Part shown: one piece after another, positions 60,291 to 64,000 of the stretch
How positions within the stretch are numbered: the first letter of the stretch is position 1
How the letters are laid out: the number at the start of each line of letters is the position of its first letter
Assembly (NCBI RefSeq): GCF_038025025.1
Contig: NW_027117343.1
Location: 1,488,001-1,552,000 of the forward strand
Origin: Phyllosticta citribraziliensis
Lineage: Eukaryota
DNA length: 64,000 bases
Reading direction: 5' to 3'
Notes under the pieces: generated by a model
What the model saw: only the letters and a program-made list of their open reading frames with translations
What the model was told of the DNA's origin: nothing
Database searches by the model: none
Translations under genes and position numbers: made by a program

Positions 60291-62092
60291 TCAATCAACT
60301 CCCCACACCCCCAGCACATCCCTCCTACTCTCCCTACTACTCTGCAACGTCTTGACCCGCCTAACGAGTAGCCCAACAGTCAGGGGGCCGATGATCGTGC
60401 ATAGCATAATCGCCCACGTCGCCACGAGGAAGATCTCATCCGACAACACGCCCTTGCTCTGCGCGACAGAGGAGATCAAGAAGCCAATTTCGCCCCGCGC
60501 CACCATGGCGCTGCCTATGATGGCGCCGGGGTAGAGAGAGATTGGCGTGGCGGGGTTGGGAGTGGTGTTTCGCGTGGTTGTGGACGTAGGAGATGCGACG
60601 GCAGCTGCGGCGGTGGAGCTTTGAGAGGAAAATTCTGGGGCGTTCGAGGGAGCCATCTGCGCTGCGTCTTGAGGCGGTGCAGTATTTTCATTTCTCTCCA
60701 TCTGCTTTCCCTTTGGTGCGGCACCGCCTGTCGCTCCCGACTTACCCACAAGATGCGGCACAGACGGCAGACGGAAGCCAAACCGCTTGAGGTGCTCAAG
60801 CACGCCCGTCGTTGGGATCGAAAAGCGCACGAGCCAGAGACCGCAGATGAGTTTACCCAGCAGCATGAGCAGCGTGTAGACGATTCCACGCCAGACGACG
60901 GAGCCGGCGAACATGCGCGAAATTGGGATTGAGAAACCGATTGATGCCTGCGAGCGCGTTAGAAAAAGAGTCAATCAAAGGAATGAGGGACACACAAAGA
61001 ACAGTGGTTTAAGAATTCTTTCAACGGCTTGCTGGTAGAAGCGCTCGTAGACCTCAATGCCTGTGATGTGGGATGAGGCGCTTTGGATGCTCAAAGAGTC
61101 GACGGTGTTTGTTGAGTCGGTTTGGCTAGGGCTTGCAGATGCAGAATGCTCTTCGCAGGTGCTGTTCTGCCTGGGCTTCTTCTTGACTGGTTGATGAGCG
61201 AGCTCAGTGTCCCACCAGCTAATGCATGTCCCCGCGATGTAAGCAGTATACAGATTAGATGTTCCCGCATACGTTCCACCCGACACAAGCGCGAAAAGAA
61301 TGGCCGTGTGAATGGCAAAAGGGGCATTTGGTTGGGAAAAGATCCTTTGCAGTGTTCCATTCGGGTTCGCTTCTCGGCGTTTGTTCAAGAAAAGCGTGCA
61401 AGGCTTGACAAAGAAACGGCAAACCAAAGGCGTCAGTACGGCAAAGGCCAGAGAAACAAAGACAGGCCTGATGACAGTCGTCGCTTCAAATGATGAAGAA
61501 GATCCGCCGAGGTTGGAAATGACTTGCACCATGACGAGGCCGACGACGTCATCCATCATGGCAGCGCTCGTGAGAACCACGCCAAGACGGGATTTGGTAA
61601 GGCCGCTCGTGCTGAGGACGGTGAAAGTGGTGCCCAGGCTTGTTGAGCAGAGCGCCGCGCCCGCAGCAAAGGCCTGCAGCGGAGTCGCACCAACCAGGTC
61701 CTGGAGAATGAACGAAAGGCCAATTGGCAGGCCGATTCCGGTTATGGCGACGGCGATAGACAGGAGGAGATTTGCCTTGAGCGATGCAAACGAAGTCGAC
61801 AGGCCGCCTGGTTCCATTAGACACATTGCGGTGGTAAGGAAGGAGACGCACCTTCGTATACCAGCAAGATCAGGCCAAGGTATCCAAGCTGGACGATGAC
61901 CTCTTCTGTGGTCTTTCCCAGCCACTTTGCACCTGGTGTACCACATGCCACGCCAATAAAGATCTGGCCGAGAAGGCCGCAGTAGAGCGTGTTGTCGACG
62001 ATTACATTGATGAGGTTGAGGATTAGGAGAAAAGACGACTGGACCAGGATGGTGACAATTCCTGGTTCGTGGTAGGGGAGCGAAACATCCAT
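60291..62092 (-). CDS. CPA2-family cation/H+ antiporter (introns 61808-61851, 60948-60995)
   Basis: LPYHEP, QLGYLGLILLVYE|GGL, GAALCSTSLGTT, SAAMMDDVVGLV, KPLFF|ASIGFSIP, MVARGEIGFLI. Confidence 0.9.
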
Positions 62093-63281
62093 GTTCGCGT
62101 GAAGGTAATCCTGGGCTTGATGGCTGACGTGGAGAGTCTGAATTCCCTTTCGAGCGCCAAAGTTGCAGCGACAAACCAGAAGAGATACGGAGGAGATGCG
62201 GAGGAACTAATGACGTCGTGGCAGGGACCTCCGGCTCGCTAACGCTCGTACTCGCTTAGGCCGGATTACTCATAACCTTATCATGACCAGACTACCTCAA
62301 CACCAGCGTCATTCATTTGCAAAAGAGCCCTGCAATTCCTTTACAAGCGTATCAGAGACGCAGGGTCAAAATGAGGGTCTTTCCTCCACGCAAATTTCAA
62401 CTTCGACCAAATGCAGCCCCGTGACAGCCCCGTGACGGTTCAAGATATCACCCTTCAAGGAACAACTACGCGACATCCTGATTGTACCAGTGATGGTCCC
62501 TCGTGGCATGGCTATCTTGAAAGTGGGATGGCCTCAGGGTCATGTCTCACTCAGCTAACGCGTTTCAATTGTCAACTCGGTGTCGGGGCTCTCACGGCAT
62601 CAACGGGCACTAGAAATCCCGTCGCAGATCTGGCCCCAGATCCGCCCCGCTGTAATCCAGCCCGCCCTCGTTCATCCACTCTTCAAATGTTTTGCGTTGC
62701 AAGAATTTTTGCAAAACGACTGTCCCCCTTCAGATAAGCACGCGGCTCGGAATCCTTCTCGCTGGGATTACAACTTAGCAGCCGAGGAACGGCTACCAAC
62801 TCCCAGCTTTTGAGCGATCGAAGGCATGGCTGTCGCTTGATGATGCGCACGCCCCTTTGACATGGGATGTTTCCAAAGCCATCAAAGCAATGCCGATGAC
62901 ACCTTTCGTGCGAGCTTTCTAATCCCTCGAATAGGAATCTACCCACGTTCCGCAGCGTCTTTCTCGAACGACTGGCATGCGCCGAGTGGACTTTCGTCGG
63001 GCGTCTGACCATGAACAACTCGACTGCATGAAGGTCCTGTCCCGAAATATGCCGCCAAGAGAAGCTCCTGTCTCGAAACCAGTCTTGACTACGGAGTCGG
63101 CGGATGCGGCGGGCTGTGCTGGTCCAGTTTCGCGAAACGAATATGGCTCGACGCTTCAGACTTTAAGGGTCGCGTCGCCCTCCCACTGCCGCCTGTCGGG
63201 ACCCTCGTCCGGACACCACCAAATCTAGTCCTGTCAACTTGCCATCGGGTCTGTCGGAACTTCCAGTGCCAACCACTCATC

Positions 63282-64000
63282 ATGTCGATCTCTCAGAATT
63301 TTGCAGACAGCTACATTGCCTTCGAGTCGCTCCGTGCCGCGGCCAAGGACAAGGAAAAGCAACATGGAGAGACTATGACCGTCATTGCTGGTGAATTCGA
63401 CAAGTACACCATATGGGCCGACAAATCTGGCGCTGCGCGCTCCGGGAAGGATTTTCGACTTTCGCTAGACTATCAGCTGCGCGAAGCATCTTTCTACAAA
63501 GACCAGGTCGTCAAGCTGTTGCAAAATCTCCAGGAAAATACGGAAAAGGCACTCTCCATGCTTTCGGATGGCCACAATAATGAAAAGGATGGTCAAGATC
63601 TACCGAAAGACGGGGAAACTCAAGGACTGAAAGGTTCGGATGGAGCTGGTTGCCAAGCGGATGTTCAAGATGCAGAGGTCCAACGAGATGCAGTGGAAGA
63701 CGAGTCGAAGGCCGCCAAGCCGACAGACGACATCGAAACCACGCCAGCTACCAAGAAGCTCAGCGCTGACTTTTGGAAATTGATGAGCTCAATCAATTCG
63801 ACAATCTCAACACTAGAAAAGGTCCCCGTTCGCAACCGCAACTCGATCAACGAGATCAAAGATGAGGAACTAGAAGGTGGTATCGCCCGGGAGCACTTTG
63901 ATATTCTGCACGTCAGAGACAAGCTGCCAGACAAGAACCTTGACCCCAAAGTCATTACGCGCTTGGGGAAAATGATTACGCGCCGACGGCAGCTACTGCT
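63282..64000 (+). CDS. 5' part of a conserved fungal protein, truncated by the window edge
   Basis: Open frame to the window end with IWADKSGA..SLDYQLREA and FDILHVRDKLP..RLGKMITRRRQL, motifs recalled from N-termini of fungal C2H2/ankyrin-associated proteins. Confidence 0.7.
   Translation, partial: MSISQNFADSYIAFESLRAAAKDKEKQHGETMTVIAGEFDKYTIWADKSGAARSGKDFRLSLDYQLREASFYKDQVVKLLQNLQENTEKALSMLSDGHNNEKDGQDLPKDGETQGLKGSDGAGCQADVQDAEVQRDAVEDESKAAKPTDDIETTPATKKLSADFWKLMSSINSTISTLEKVPVRNRNSINEIKDEELEGGIAREHFDILHVRDKLPDKNLDPKVITRLGKMITRRRQLL

Overview
Intron-containing DNA from a filamentous ascomycete. Gene content and intron signals suggest a Dothideomycete, but that is inference. Conserved genes read directly from the sequence are an intron-containing tRNA-Ala(AGC), homocysteine S-methyltransferase, an MFS sugar porter, a histidine acid phosphatase, SUI1/eIF1, an 8-exon Asterix/PAT10-like gene missed by the ORF track, MED12/SRB8, a metallophosphoesterase, a DUF4470-MYND protein, a CPA2 cation/H+ antiporter and a gene running off the right edge. 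The most striking structure lies between the genes. Two long ORF-poor tracts (about 19-32 kb on the minus strand, downstream of SUI1, and about 42.7-51.5 kb on the plus strand, downstream of MED12) point away from the central gene island. Each starts with a microsatellite-rich leader and is punctuated by a strand-biased GTATAY motif and same-strand spliceosomal introns. At 43.4-46.0 kb, nine units place an intron immediately after GTATAY (one GTACAT), and splicing would mostly give GTATAY|AT. The left tract holds a divergent histone H3/CenH3-like fragment between two direct repeats. The function of these arrays cannot be determined from sequence alone.
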